Shown piece by piece: positions 37,070 to 49,670 of a stretch of 64,000 bases of DNA (position 1 is the first letter of the stretch; each line of letters starts with the position of its first letter). Below the pieces are notes generated by a model. The model saw only the letters and a list, made by a program, of their open reading frames with translations. It made no database searches and had not been told where the DNA came from. The translations under genes were made by a program, and so were the position numbers. The stretch comes from Octopus sinensis (taxonomy: Eukaryota). The stretch covers positions 27,652,001 through 27,716,000 of the forward strand of contig NC_043001.1 in NCBI RefSeq assembly GCF_006345805.1. Reading direction: 5' to 3'.

Positions 37070-37539
37070 TTAAAAGACAGCAAGATCCACGCAAATTCTT
37101 GGGATCTTCTTAATCAAGACAAGTCTACATTGAAGGAAGCTAGAACTAAGTGCTTGAAGGCATTTGAATCCTTACAAATTTGTATAGAAGAAGCCAAAAA
37201 GGAAGCTTGTAAATCATGCCCTAGCAATTCTTATGTAAATGAACACCAGTGGGTGGTCCGAGCTAAATACTTCTCTGCCATAATAGATCTTCCTGCTCAC
37301 AGCAGAGTCTACATATGAGTAATCTCCTGTTTATTTGTTTCATTTTAATTTTATTTGCAGTCACTAAGTTGTCAAATTTCACAGTTGATGTATTATCACA
37401 TAAATAACATATGCCTGAGTTTACAAATAAGAGGGAAATTATTATTCACTATAGAAGTGGAGTGTGATTATTTATTGTGGAGGTTACACTTTGTTATGAT
37501 TGCGAGTTTTTCAAATATCTATCACAGAGGCAATGACGA

Positions 37540-39380
37540 AAGAACGAAACCTCTGAGATATGCTGTGACTGCGAAGACCTGACAAATGAAGTGAGTTCAT
37601 GGCTTGCAGAATTGCCTGCTGTGCTGACCTTGGATTGTAAGGTGACCTGCTGTGCTTGAGGAGACCTATTGAGTCAAGTACATCAACATCAACATCAAAA
37701 TAAAAATCAAATGGAAATTGTAGTTATGATACCCGTGCTGATGGCATGTAAAAAGCACCATCCGAACGTGGCTGATGCTAGCGCTGCCTGACTGGCATCC
37801 ATGTCAGTGACACGTAAAAAGCACCAACTGATCATGGTCGTTTGCCAGCCTCCTCTGGCCCCTGTGCCGGTGGCACATAAAAAGTACCTACCACACTCAT
37901 GGAGTGGTTGGCGTTAGGAAGGGCATCCATCTGTAGAAACACTGCCATATCAGACTGGAGCTTGGCGCAGCCTCCTGGCTTCCCAGACCCAGGTCGAACC
38001 ATCCAATCCATGCCAGCTTGGAAAACGGGCGTTAAACGATAATGATGATTATTGATTATACAACTGATTGATGAATTATAAGGCACAATATTTATGCCAA
38101 AGATAATATATATATATAAAGTAATATGAAATGGTGAGAAAGGATTTTCAGATTTTGGGCTTCACAGAGGGGATGATAGGGGACTGAGACTTCTGACAGT
38201 TTGCTGTGCTTGAGAAGACATGTTAAGCTAAGTTAATACATGGTTGTCCTTGCATACAGGGATGTCCCCTGCATCCTGCTTCAGCTGAGTGTTCCTAATC
38301 TTGCAGGTTTGTGGGTGGTGGTGCCATGTAAAAAACACCAATGCCGGTGCTATGTAAAAGCGCGCATGCCAGTGCTGCATAAAAGCACCCAGTACACTCG
38401 GTAAAGGAGTTGGTGTTAGGAAGGGCATCCGGCCTTAGAAACCATGCCAAAACAGACATGGAGCGTGGGCAGAAATCTTGCCTTTCTCCAAAAAACGGTC
38501 CTTTTAAGGGCCACCTATATTTTCATGGAAAACAGACATTAAATGATGATGATGATGATGATGTGGGGTGAGAGGCTATCAAAGAGGTTAGTGATGTATA
38601 CTAGACAATAATCAGGCATGCATGTATACATATATGCATCAATACATACTTATGCCGAATGATGCATGCTTGCATATGTACAAACATACGCAACATAAAT
38701 TTTAAAGTCCACTTTGTCATTCCTGAGCAGGCAAGGAGGTTTTCTTCCATACAGCCTGCTGCGCTTGAGGAGACCTATTTTGTCAAGTTCATCAACATCA
38801 AAATAAAAATCGTATAGATATTGTAGTTGTGACACCCGTGCCGGTGGCACTTAGGGCCTCACGGAGGAAATGACGAAGACCGAGACCTCAGAGATATGCT
38901 GTGACTGTGAAGACCCGACAAATGAAGTGAGTTCATGGCTCGCAGGACGGCCTGCTGTGCTAACCTTGGATTGTAGGGCAACCAGCTGTGCTTGAGGAGA
39001 CCTACTGAGTCAAGTATGTCAACACCAACATCAAAATGAAAATCAAATGGAAATTGTAGTTAAGATACCTGTGCTGGTGACATGTAAAAAGCACCGTCCG
39101 AACGTGGCAGATGCCAGCGCTGCCTGACTGGCATCCGTGTCAGTGACATGTAAAAGCACCAACCGATCGTGGCTGTTTGCCAGCCTCCTCTGTGCTGGTG
39201 GTATGTAAAAAGTACCCACTACACTCTCGGAGTGGTTGCTGTTAGGAAGGGCATCCAGCTGTAGAAACACTGCCAGATCAAACTGGAGCCTGGCATAGCC
39301 TCCTAGCTTCCCAGACCCCAGTCAAACCGTCCAACCCATGCTAGCATGGAAAACGAACGTTAAACAATGATGATGATGAC
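37540..39380 (+). mobile_element. Cluster of four same-orientation RTE 3' fragments (37540-38050, 38195-38562, 38760-38850, 38855-39380)
   Basis: Repeated GAGATATGCTGTGACTG...GAGGAGACCTA.TGAGTCAAG blocks, tails and (GAT)n ends. Confidence 0.88.
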
Positions 39381-40404
39381 AGCATACTGTCAGTCACTGC
39401 AATCCTTTGACATCTCTTCAGTGAGGTGTAAGAGTTTCACATCTGTCTCTATCACTTCATTCCAAGTCTTCCATAGGTCCCATTTTCTTTGAGTGCATGG
39501 CACATCTTTATAAAGTTGCTCTCCTTCATACACATTACATGCCTATATCAACACAATCTTCTCTCTTGCACACTCCATCTGATTCCTCCTATATTCTGTT
39601 TTCTCTCAGCTCATTTGTGCCCTGTTGTTCTGGTCACAGCTAAGACAGAATAGCTTCAGAAGTAAATACTATTGAAGTTAACTTAACTCAGAAATATATA
39701 GAAGTAGTCTATTAAACTGTGTATCAATTACTCAGTGCAGTCTTGTGGTTCATCATTAAGTTATTGCCTGTACAGTTAGACCTGAACATTTATTGACTTT
39801 CTGATCATTGATACAACTTTTGTTTTTTAAATTGCTCTTTTTCTTTTATGTTTAATTGCAAAAGCAAGATAAAAAGATAATGGTATTGACAAAATGGACA
39901 TGAGTTACAGTGGTATGAGCAATAGACAGATGAGTAATAGAAATATATGAGGTGAGGAAAGACTGTGCTGATAACTCTTTATAAGGTCTCTGAGTCTGAT
40001 GGGAAGTAGGGAGGAAATTATCCTCAAATTGAAGACCATGGTTTCTAGGGCTGGATGTCCTTCCTAATGCCAACCACTTCAAAGCATGTACTAGGTACTC
40101 TTTTTCCTACCACCAGCAATACTGTAGTTGCTGGAGTAGTTCACAAAACCCTGAGTAGGTGGCATTATGCTAGGAGATGAAGGATTAAAGTATGAGAATT
40201 GAACAGGTTTCTTGCAGTCAAGGTGCTACATGACAACTCACAATTTAGAAGACAGAGTAGGAGTGATTGAGGTGGAGCTGGAAAGAGATTAAAAAAAGTG
40301 GTGGTGAAGTGGTATGAGGGGAGAGGAGAAGTTAAAGAGATGATGGATGGTGATGGTTTCTTGAGAAAGAAATTAGGTGAAGGGCCCAGTTGTGCATATA
40401 TATA

Positions 40405-41005
40405 TCATCATCTTCATTTAGCATCCGCTTTCCATGCTAGCATGGGTTGGACGGTTCAACTGGGGTCTGGGAAGCCAGAAGGCTGCACCAGGCCCAGTCT
40501 GATCTGGCAATGTTTCTACGGCTGGATGCCCTTCCTAATGCCAACCACTCCGTGAGTGTAGTGGGTACTTTTTACGTTCCACCGGCACAGGTGCCAGACG
40601 AGGCTGGCAAACAGCCATGATCGGATGGTGCTTTTTACGTGCCACCGGCACAAGGCCAGTCGGGGCGGCGCTGGCAACGGCCATGTTCGGATGGTTCTTT
40701 TACGTACCACCGGCACTGGTATCACAGCTGCAATTTCCATTGATGTTGATCGACTTTCACAAGTAGAGTTTTGTGTCCCAAGAAGGAAAGGTATGCATAA
40801 GTGGACTGGCTACATCCCATGTAGAGGCCATGGGTTATGGTCTCACTTGTCCTGCCGGGTCTTCTCATGCACAGCATACCTCCAAAGGTCTCGGTCTCTA
40901 GTCATTTCCTCAGTGAGACCTAAAGTTCAAAGGTTGTGCTTCACCACCTCGTCCCAGGTTTTCCTGGGTCTGCCTCTTCCACGGGTTCCCTCAACCGCTA
41001 GGGTG
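40405..41005 (-). mobile_element. RTE 3' end
   Basis: Tail motif plus the reverse complement of the GRGRPRKTWDEVVK-coding segment. Confidence 0.9.
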
Positions 41006-41169
41006 TGGCATAACAGCTACCACTCATGAGCACAGAGTAACATAATCAGACTGTTACCTAACACTGTTGAATCCCTGGTGCAAACCTTAATCGGTCGTAA
41101 TGGATATATATTATTGTACACTTCAATTAATATATATACACAATGCTTCCAGAACTCAGTTTCACTGAG

Positions 41170-42340
41170 ATAGGTCAATCTTCTTAAGAATTGTATATTG
41201 CCATCTAGTCCTTTGTAAGGTTTAAGGTCCTGAGATTACTACTTTATCCCAGGTCTTACTGAGTCTCTGTCTTCTGCAAGTTCCATCAACATTATGTGAT
41301 CAACACTTCTTTATACAGCTATCCTCATCCATACACATCCCTTGTCCATACCAGCACATCTGATGCAGAGTTTTCCTCTGAGTATATCTATACACACTTA
41401 TAGTGCACATCCAATGGAGAATGCTTACTTCATTTCTTTCCAGTCTTCTCATGTCCTTTGCATCTGAGGCCTGTGTCTCACTATTAGGCAGTATCACAGT
41501 TCTAACTCAAATATCATATAATCTGCACTTCATTTTGACAGAAAAGACCTTTGTTGGTAACAGGGTAGTAGCTCCTTGAACTTTCCTTAACTTGTTCTTT
41601 GGCTGCTATACTATCACAGTAACTACCTCCCTTGCTAATACCTTAGGTAAAAGAAATGCTATCAACTACTCCTTTGGGCATTTAAGAGTATCTATTTCTG
41701 TTGTGCTCATATTATGTACTGCTCTAGTGAATATATCACATGAAGTTTATGTTCTCTGTTAGTCTGTCAGAGATCTCTATTATGTCCATAGCTTACAACA
41801 CAGGAGGTTTATACCTACTCTTTTTTCTATTTATTGAACAAAGCCATTTCATTGAAGATATAGGGTCCTGTCATCTGGGGCCATCCCCAGGGTTGCTGGT
41901 GCCCCGGGCAAGCTGAAATTCGGCTTGTACAAGCTGACAGTCATGGAAATTTCCTTGTCTTTGTCACACCCTCCTTACTGCCCCGGGCAGTACCTTGAGC
42001 TGGCCCTGCTGTTATCTTTCCTACTTACTAAAATCTTTGTCTTTGCTATGTTTACCTTAAGACAGCTCAATTCAAGGTTTAACTTCCAAGCTCAGAATTT
42101 CCCCTATAGATTCAGCTATGAGAACTAGATCTTTGGCATACAAAAGTTCCCATCATAGCCCAGTCAGTAAACCTCTGTGGTGGCCAGTAGTACTGTGATT
42201 AATAGAAGACGGAGGACTGAGCTTTTATAGACCCCTACACTCATGGTAAATTCATCACTGAAATCGTCGACTAATTTTACTGTATTTTTGTACTTATCTT
42301 GTACAGCACATAAGCCATTCCATTCCTCTATATCTAGTTT
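41170..42340 (-). mobile_element. Old RTE ORF2 remnant (RT to C-terminus) interrupted by a small GC-rich insert
   Basis: RKL.IEEW, SDEF...VGV...SVL..LL, WELLYAKDLVLIAES and DMRRLERNE. Confidence 0.8.
41876..42008. mobile_element. GC-rich ~130-bp MITE-like insert
   Basis: Degenerate ends (GGGGCCATCCCCAGG / CCTTGAGCTGGCCCTG) and two GCCCCGGGCA blocks. It interrupts the RTE reading frame. Confidence 0.4.
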
Positions 42341-42439
42341 CCTGAATCTGTAATTTAAAAATTGCTTAGAATTTAATAAGTTGGAATAATGAATATACTA
42401 TAAAAATATTTCCAACAAGACACTTTAGATACAAATAAT

Positions 42440-43097
42440 TACAGAGGTATCAAGCTGTTGGATCAGGTAACGAAGGTTACAGAGAGGGTCATAGCCCAAC
42501 TGATTAGGGAGAGAGTCAGCTTGGATGAGATGCAGTTTGGTTTCGTGCCAGGGAAAAGCACCACTGATGCCATATTTCTGGTAAGACAGCTGCAGGAGAA
42601 ATACCAAGCCAAGAGTGTGATCATTGACAGAGCGGCTAACCGGCTTCCATGCCAGTGACACTTAAAAGGCACCATTCGAGCGTGATCGTTATCAGTGTCG
42701 CCTTACTGGCACTCGAGCTCTGTGCTAGTAGGGTATTAAGAGCACCATCCGAGCGTGATTGTTGTCAGAGCGGCTATCTGGCCTCCGTGCTGGTGGCACA
42801 TAAAAGACACCATCCGAGCGTGATCGTTACCAGCATCGCCTAACTGGCACCTGTGCCGGTGGCATGTGTAAAAGATTCGAGCAAGGTCGTTGCCAGTACC
42901 GCCTGACTGGTCCTGTGCCAGTGGCACGTAAAAGCACCCACTACACTCTCGGAGTGGTTGGCGTTAGGAAGGGCATCCAGCTGTAGAAACTCTGCCAGAT
43001 CAAGATGGAAGCCTGGTGCAGCCATCTGGTTTGCCAGCCCTCAGTCAAATCGTCCAACCCATGCTAGCATGGAAAGCGGACGTTAAATGACAATGAC
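42440..43097 (+). mobile_element. Internally deleted RTE derivative (RT fragment fused to the 3' UTR)
   Basis: IKLLDQVTKVTERVIAQLIRERVSLDEMQFGFVPGKSTTDAIFLVRQLQEKYQAK joins directly to five tandem UTR units and the tail. Confidence 0.9.
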
Positions 43098-43429
43098 TGT
43101 ATTTGGGAAAGAAAATCTCTAATACAAAAAAAGATCAGTGAAAAGTGGAATTAAAAAAAAAAAACTATCTATATTACATTTACTATGTAAATAATAGGGG
43201 AAACATAAATGTTAAGAGATAATGGCATGTGAGAAGAGAAATATTGGCAAAATATTCTTCTTTTGTAACTTGGACATTTTAAGAAATAGGCAGTCACTAT
43301 CTGTTAAAATTATTTAAATGAAATATTTCAAACTGTGGCCTTGCGTGAAAGTTAGAAATTAGTGTTCAGGACAGAGATTTTAAAGTATTATTATTCTATC
43401 AAATTCACATAAATGTCTTGATTAGTACC

Positions 43430-46400
43430 AAATAATTCCTGATCGAGCAGACCTATGAAGAAAGGCAAGCGGCCACGACCACCCTGGCTTTTGTGTATGA
43501 TTACATTATCAAGTGTCTTTTTTCCTTATACGAGGAAGATTTGGTTGCTACTTCAAGGAAGTCGAACGACTAGCAAGTAGGCTCGTTCTTTTAATTTGTA
43601 GGCTTAGGCACCTGGCACTACCTCAGAAGACTAAGCCGCAAAGAAAAACGAAGTGGTTAAATTAACAAGAGAGTACAGCCAGGAATATGACACGAATAGT
43701 GGCACAGCATATCTTCAAAATGTTTTCCCCCCTCACTCACCAACTCAATAGCAGCCCAGGGCGTTCCGCACACCCCACACTACGCCACTGCACGACCAAA
43801 TCCCAAAGACCTAGTTTTCGACAATACAAACGTGGCAATGCAATGTCATGACTCAGTACTCTCTAGTTCTGGATTCATTCGCTTTTCAATAAATTATGAA
43901 ACGTATGAAAGGAAGAGAACATCAAACTGAAAGTGACTACACATATACGAGGTACCCCCCACCCCGTGATCATCTCACGTAGTGACAAGCTACAATAGAT
44001 ATGTGTGCGTGTGTGTACGTGTAAATGCTGTAAGAAATGATCGAAGTAAGAGTTTGACTAACAGGGGAAGTAATCGTGTTTTACTCCGAACATATTAAAC
44101 TCTAAAATAAAAGAGTTAAGTGTCTCGTGAGTTATCGTAAATATAAATGAATTTTCATCCTATTGGAGTTTCTTATTGATTGCAATGACTCCTTCAGCTC
44201 AAAATCTGTGAAGAGATGCTGAACATATTACTTTGTAATGATTGCGTTACGTCACTGGTTCTGATGTTATTAAAAAATAAAATAAAATTCAATTGAATTA
44301 TACTTCATTTTTTTTTTTTGTGTGTATCTAAATATCTTAATATGTGAGATGACTATCCCGTGAAATTTATAGATTTATTAACGAATAAAAAGATTATTTG
44401 CAAATTTTGGCAGATAACAGGAAACGACCTTGTTTTTGGCAATTATAACTGCTATGGAAATACGAAAGCAATATCTAAAGTTAGCCTTTTTATTCGCTTA
44501 GGTTGAGAAAGTATTTACTTTATCAATAATAAAAAATACTCTGGTAAATTCAGAAAAAGAGAGTACAGATAAAAAACCTATAATAAAAACACCCAAAAAA
44601 CAGGGAAAATAACTGATAATTAAATGTAAATCTAATTGTGTATGTATGTATTTATATGTATGTATGTATGTATATATATATATGTGTGTGTGTGTGTATG
44701 TGTATAGTACTTTCGTGAACTTGCGCAGCGATAATCATCCGGGGTATTTGTATTATAGCACTTCGGTGATGATGGCGGTCAAGGAAAAAATTTATGTAAC
44801 ATTACCGAGTAACAAAAGACTATGAAATTTAATTTTACAGCTATTTCAAAATTTCATAATATTACCAACGCCAACTATAGTGTATGTTGTTCAATATCTG
44901 AAAAAGGAAGGGTCACGAAAGTTAGATAAATGCTCACTTATTCCTTTCTTTGCCCACTTGCTATTATTATTATTGCACATAACCTAATATTGCTTTTTGA
45001 ACTTTGCTAAAAAAAACCCCCAAAAAAACTCATACTAACGTAAAATATTCTTTATTCAAGATACTAAACACTCTTACGTGTATTTATATATATATAGTTA
45101 TAATTTTCTTTCAATATACATATGTGTCAGTTGATTTACTAAGACACATATATGAATGTATTTTAATATCTAAACACACCAGTTGTAACCTTATACACAA
45201 ATCCACATATATTGGGTATTTGTGTATAGACAGTATTGAAATGGAACAGAATTCGGCCAAGTCCGGTACCAGCAAACACACATTTAACACTACAATTTCA
45301 ACAAATGCATCTGCAACACTAGCAGCTTTGGTTTCAACACCAATCAAAGCAAGTGAGAACAGCACTACCTGTGATAAAAGTAAGAGTAATAAAACTGAAC
45401 ACAGTACTTTAGCTTGTTCTAGTGTTAATACTGGTAACGATAGCGATACTGGTGGTTTTCATACTGAAATGGAAGGAACTAGGAGAAACGGTAACAGAAA
45501 AAAGTGCAACAGAGAAGCAGTGGTGCAATCATCTGTGACCAATTCTACTGCTACACAGACTACTTCGTGTGCGTCTTCGAGTCACACATGTACTTACCCA
45601 GTTGTCACAAACAATATTACGTCCACTACAGTTATTTCTGGGGCGACTTCGACGACGACCTGCAAAAAAAGCAGCACAGCCATTTCAGGAGTTCCCGGGA
45701 ATAGCAACATAAGCAACCACCTCCTTAGTAATTGCAGTGATAACAACGGCAGTGATATCCCATCTGTGAAATCACAAAAAACAATGAAGAGTACCCCCAT
45801 CTTACGACTTGGGGGCTCTGCGACAGTAGCAAGGACTAAACGGACATCTCCATCATCACCGCCTTTCCCATCTTCTGTTGTTGTCGGTGGTGGTGGACAC
45901 AGTACACATTCGACTCCTATCTTCGGACCTGCTGACATATCAACCAGCGATGATGATGAAATATCAGAGGTAAGGAACACATAATGATAACATCAACATC
46001 GGCTGGTACTGCCGTGGTTGCTGTAGCTGTTTGTCTCAGACAAATGGACGAGTTGGAAATTAAAAAAAAGGGTCATGATATAACCTATAATAATTTCCTC
46101 ATTTTACAACCGATTTATTTGTGAATCCGATCAAAATATTTGTGAATAGTTGTCAAACTTTTGTGTGGTGTAGAAAATTTTTCTTGTACTCCAAATCCTT
46201 TCTGTATGTTAATACAATTGACAAATAATTAAATATTTGAATGGCCAAGTGTGTTAATATAATTACGTGTTTAATTTACGTGGGAATATTCATTGACGTG
46301 TGTGATCTCACACCCATCTGCTTACACTTTTATCTTTATCTATTCCCTTCCGAAAACAAATTCCTCTTTGCACATTTACGGTAGGGGGGAAAATCCCTTT

Positions 46401-47048
46401 TAATCCTCTAATCTTTATCCCATTGCGTACTAAATTTTCTCCTTTACATTTAGTTTCTCCCTCAACGATTTTAAAAAAGAACATATAAAATGTTTTGGTC
46501 ACCTTCTTGATATTAATAATAATTTCTACTAAAATCCGAACCTAGCATTTATTAGATAACATAAGCTAAAATTAACCTTGACTCCTGCAATCCTTAGGAA
46601 ATAGTCATTTATCTATAGCGTTTTCACTTTAATATAGGACATCATTAGATTGTGATTCTTGTCGATATACTGTTTTGTGTGTACCATTCTGTTTAGCGAT
46701 GGATTTCTGCTCCATAAAAATCTGCTACCCGCTTCTAATTAACCGATAATAAAATGCATTTCCAAACAAGGTATCTCTGTACGCTGACTAAGCTGCATTG
46801 TTATACTTCTCGTGTAATTTCGTCGAGTTCCGAATTGTCAGAAAATTGTTTGTTTGATTTGTGCTAATTGCAAATAACTAGTCTCATTTTATTTAGTTAA
46901 CTGGGTCTGGTTGGTGGCTTTACAAGAGAGGATGTTTATGAATGCCATTTCTATCTACAGTTTCGGGTATTTCGAGGTATCATCAAAGTTCTGCACGTGG
47001 GTACCGTGTCATCCTCCTTCAACTAGTCACCTTCATTTCAAACGCTAC

Positions 47049-47088
<40 letters not shown>

Positions 47089-48500
47089 TTAAAATGCTGG
47101 TAACCATTTTGGAGGGTGTTTTTTTTTTTTCCTTTTCGTGTTGTCATGAAGACCAGCTTTGTTAGCTGCTTCTATTGTCATGCGAGTAAACTGTCACCCA
47201 TATATTAACCACTGCTTTCTGTATATTTTCTGACAGTAACACCCGTTATTTTCTCAATGATGTCCCTTGTTGCAGCAACCGCCATACTTCCCCAACCTCT
47301 GAAGCAATTTGAGCTTCTGGAATTTAAGTCACATGGACAACTGCTTATTTTATTGATCCTAGATTGTTCAATTCACCGAATACATCATTTTAGTTTCACT
47401 AAATTTCATTTTTTTTTTTATTGTTTAAAATTTACCATACACACACATGCACATATATGACTATATCTTTGTTCTGTTCGCTTTTCTGACCTGAGATTTG
47501 TAAACAAATTGCCAATATCCACTCCTTATTTAAAGACTATGTTTCATAGAAACATTATTTTTTTTACCTATAAATTTATTTAGAAAGATGTTGCTTCATA
47601 TTTTGTATATTTGTCCATTATTTTTTTCAAACATCCATTCATAAAATCTTTGACTTCGAGAATTATTTAGAAAAATCACGTCACGATGGTTTCTCCATTT
47701 GGTTGATCAAATAAAATTTGTAGTCTTTCTGATGTAGTATGATTTAGGTTGAACTCTTTCAGTAAATGTTTCTTTAGGGTTTAGTTGTCATTCGGATTTT
47801 TTCGAATAATAAAATATTTGATTTGATAGAGTTTAAAATTTGTCTGCAGAATACCCCCTCTCCACTTTCATTTTGCAGCTTAGCTGGAAACGAATTAGAA
47901 ATACTTGTGGTTCTTCTTGAAATACGTCAGTTTAGTGCTATCATACGTAATGTGGTGAGAGAAGAAAAAATAAATTCATAATACCTATGTGCTTTTAGTA
48001 CTTTTAAATTTGGTAATTGGAATCTGATTAGAAAAATGTAAAGAGATCTAAGAGCTAAACAGACTCGTAAATGTGGTGGTTCTAATGAAGTTTGCCATTC
48101 AGAGTTCTAGAAGAGTGTTACGTATTCCAGATCGGGTGTTGATGTAGGTTAGAAATGTAGGAATTAAATGTCTTGATGTCTTGTAAAAATTGTAATGTGT
48201 GCTTGTTTTCATGCATTGATTTTGAATTCTAATTAACCCAAATCGTTTTATAATCTTGTAGGACTCGTAGCTATCGATAAAACTAGAATAGTAAGGTAAC
48301 TGATACTTCTTACCATAGAACAATTCACGTGATGCTCAACTGTCCACATTTTTATTTACAAACAGTAAAGGAGACGAATTGATTTGCTTTATTGTGCTTT
48401 CTACTCTCACAGACGGTTTCTTCACTCACAAAAGATATATTCTATTAGATATTGTTTTTAAACAAAAGTGTTACTTGTAATGTTTATCTCGAAACAGTAT
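43430..48500. promoter_or_regulatory. CpG-rich, TE-depleted promoter-like domain (possibly bidirectional)
   Basis: CG dinucleotides are frequent here and scarce in flanking unique DNA. No SINE or RTE-tail copy lies between ~43100 and ~49470. There is a YY1-like GATGGCGG at ~44771-44778 and a CRE-like TTACGTCA at ~44228. The domain brackets the + strand exon. Confidence 0.6.
45241..45969 (+). CDS. First (or first coding) exon of an unidentified host gene; low-complexity Ser/Thr-rich N-terminus (MEQNSAKSG...PADISTSDDDEISE), phase-0 intron follows
   Basis: 243 open codons from ATG 45241, with higher GC and retained CpG relative to the flanks. It ends at a consensus donor GAG|GTAAGG (GT at 45970), and stops follow a few codons later if unspliced. 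It lies in an island free of SINE/RTE copies. No recognisable domain. Confidence 0.75.
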
Positions 48501-48759
48501 GGCTGATGAATTAAACACGTCCAGAATTTTTTTTTTCCGTTGGTATTATCACTACCACTGATTAAAATAGTAGCTATAATTTATATTTAGCTCAACGAAA
48601 CTTGATTTTGACTCCTTTCTTTCCTTAGATCCAGAAAAGCAATATGGACCCCCTCCCCCAAGCTTAGTACTCTACAAAAGCTCCATCATACATTACTACC
48701 CTCACCAACATCTGTCCATACCGTACCTGACAAATCCTCAACATCTCGTAAATGGGGGA

Positions 48760-49340
48760 AAAATATGCTTCTAAAACCTAACAACAACTTCCTACAAAGC
48801 CATGTCGTGCACGTTCACAAGACCTCACCGCTTCCATCATGCCACATCCTCAGAAAACCCTGGAAGATTCATCCTTGATAATGTCAATCCATTCATTTCT
48901 TTTTCAATTCATAACCTGGGTGTAGACTACTGCTCTCAGCTACCACCTTACTCAGAAATCTCACATAAGCGATACATTAATGCTTTAATAACACAAATAA
49001 ATAAGCCTCTTGCTTCAACCTGTTTACCATTAATACTTATTCTTCTGACCCCTGCTACTCAGATAAAATTCATAATACTGCTTTAAGAAACGATACAAAA
49101 AACACACTATCTATCGGCTTGCCAAGCTTATTTAGAATTCAATTACAACACATTTAGAATCCATTATCTCTATTATTAAGCATTACAAGGATCCTTCCTC
49201 TTTCTTTTTAACTTATACCACTACATCTCCACCAAATATACAGTTTCACATGCAGGTGACATCACACCTCTCGTTGCCATAACAGTACAACTGCTTCAGC
49301 TTTACATCAGCTATCAAGAAACTTAGTTCCAAATGTTTTG
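48760..49340 (+). mobile_element. Highly decayed APE-type LINE RT fragment
   Basis: LQGSFLFLFNLY and SHAGDIT at the expected QGS.LSP.LFNLY / YADDIT positions; upstream LILILL fits the DLSKAFD region. Confidence 0.5.
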
Positions 49341-49469
49341 ACTAAAATCAGTAGCATCTGCCAAATCCACCAACTCGCTTCTGATCGGGTTGACCCTCTA
49401 TCATTCTTGAATATCTTGTTATCTGCACAAAGTCACCTCTCTGAATACTGCTCTCCTCTTAGTTGAGGG

Positions 49470-49670
49470 GTCTTGTCTTGTAAGTTATTTGGTGACCTTG
49501 CTGGTGCTATGTAAAAAGCACCCAGTACACACTGTAAAATGGTTAGTGTTAGGAAGGGCATCCAGCTGTAGAAACCATGCTAACACAGACAATATAGCTT
49601 AGTGCAGACCTCTAGCTTGCCAGCAGGGAAAATGAACATTAAATAGTCATGATGATAATGATTAGAGCAT
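49470..49670 (+). mobile_element. RTE tail variant
   Basis: GTTAGGAAGGGCATCCAGCTGTAGAAACCATGC...GAACATTAAA. Confidence 0.75.

Noticed and set aside
41170-42612. Twin-priming 5' inversion joining the minus RTE remnant and the plus RT fragment
   Set aside because: The geometry fits, but a ~100-bp unrelated spacer separates them, the two parts differ strongly in decay, and the plus fragment runs on into its own tail.
42613-42937. CRISPR-like regularly spaced repeats (also 19180-19430)
   Set aside because: The units are homologous along their whole length with no unique spacers. They lie in an RTE 3' UTR in eukaryotic DNA with no cas genes.
43741-43880. Coding first exon on the minus strand
   Set aside because: Both ATGs hit stops before the donor, and part of it (CAGTGGCGTAG...GGGGTGTGCGG) resembles a DNA-transposon terminus. 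It is kept only as a possible non-coding exon.
44769-44825. Short ORF MMAVKEKIYVTLPSNKRL as the true gene start
   Set aside because: No convincing donor links it in frame to 45241. It is more simply a YY1-like motif or uORF.
45004-45240. 79-codon upstream extension of the ORF-track call
   Set aside because: It has a TTG start and AT-rich intron/UTR-like composition, with acceptor-like AGs just before ATG 45241.
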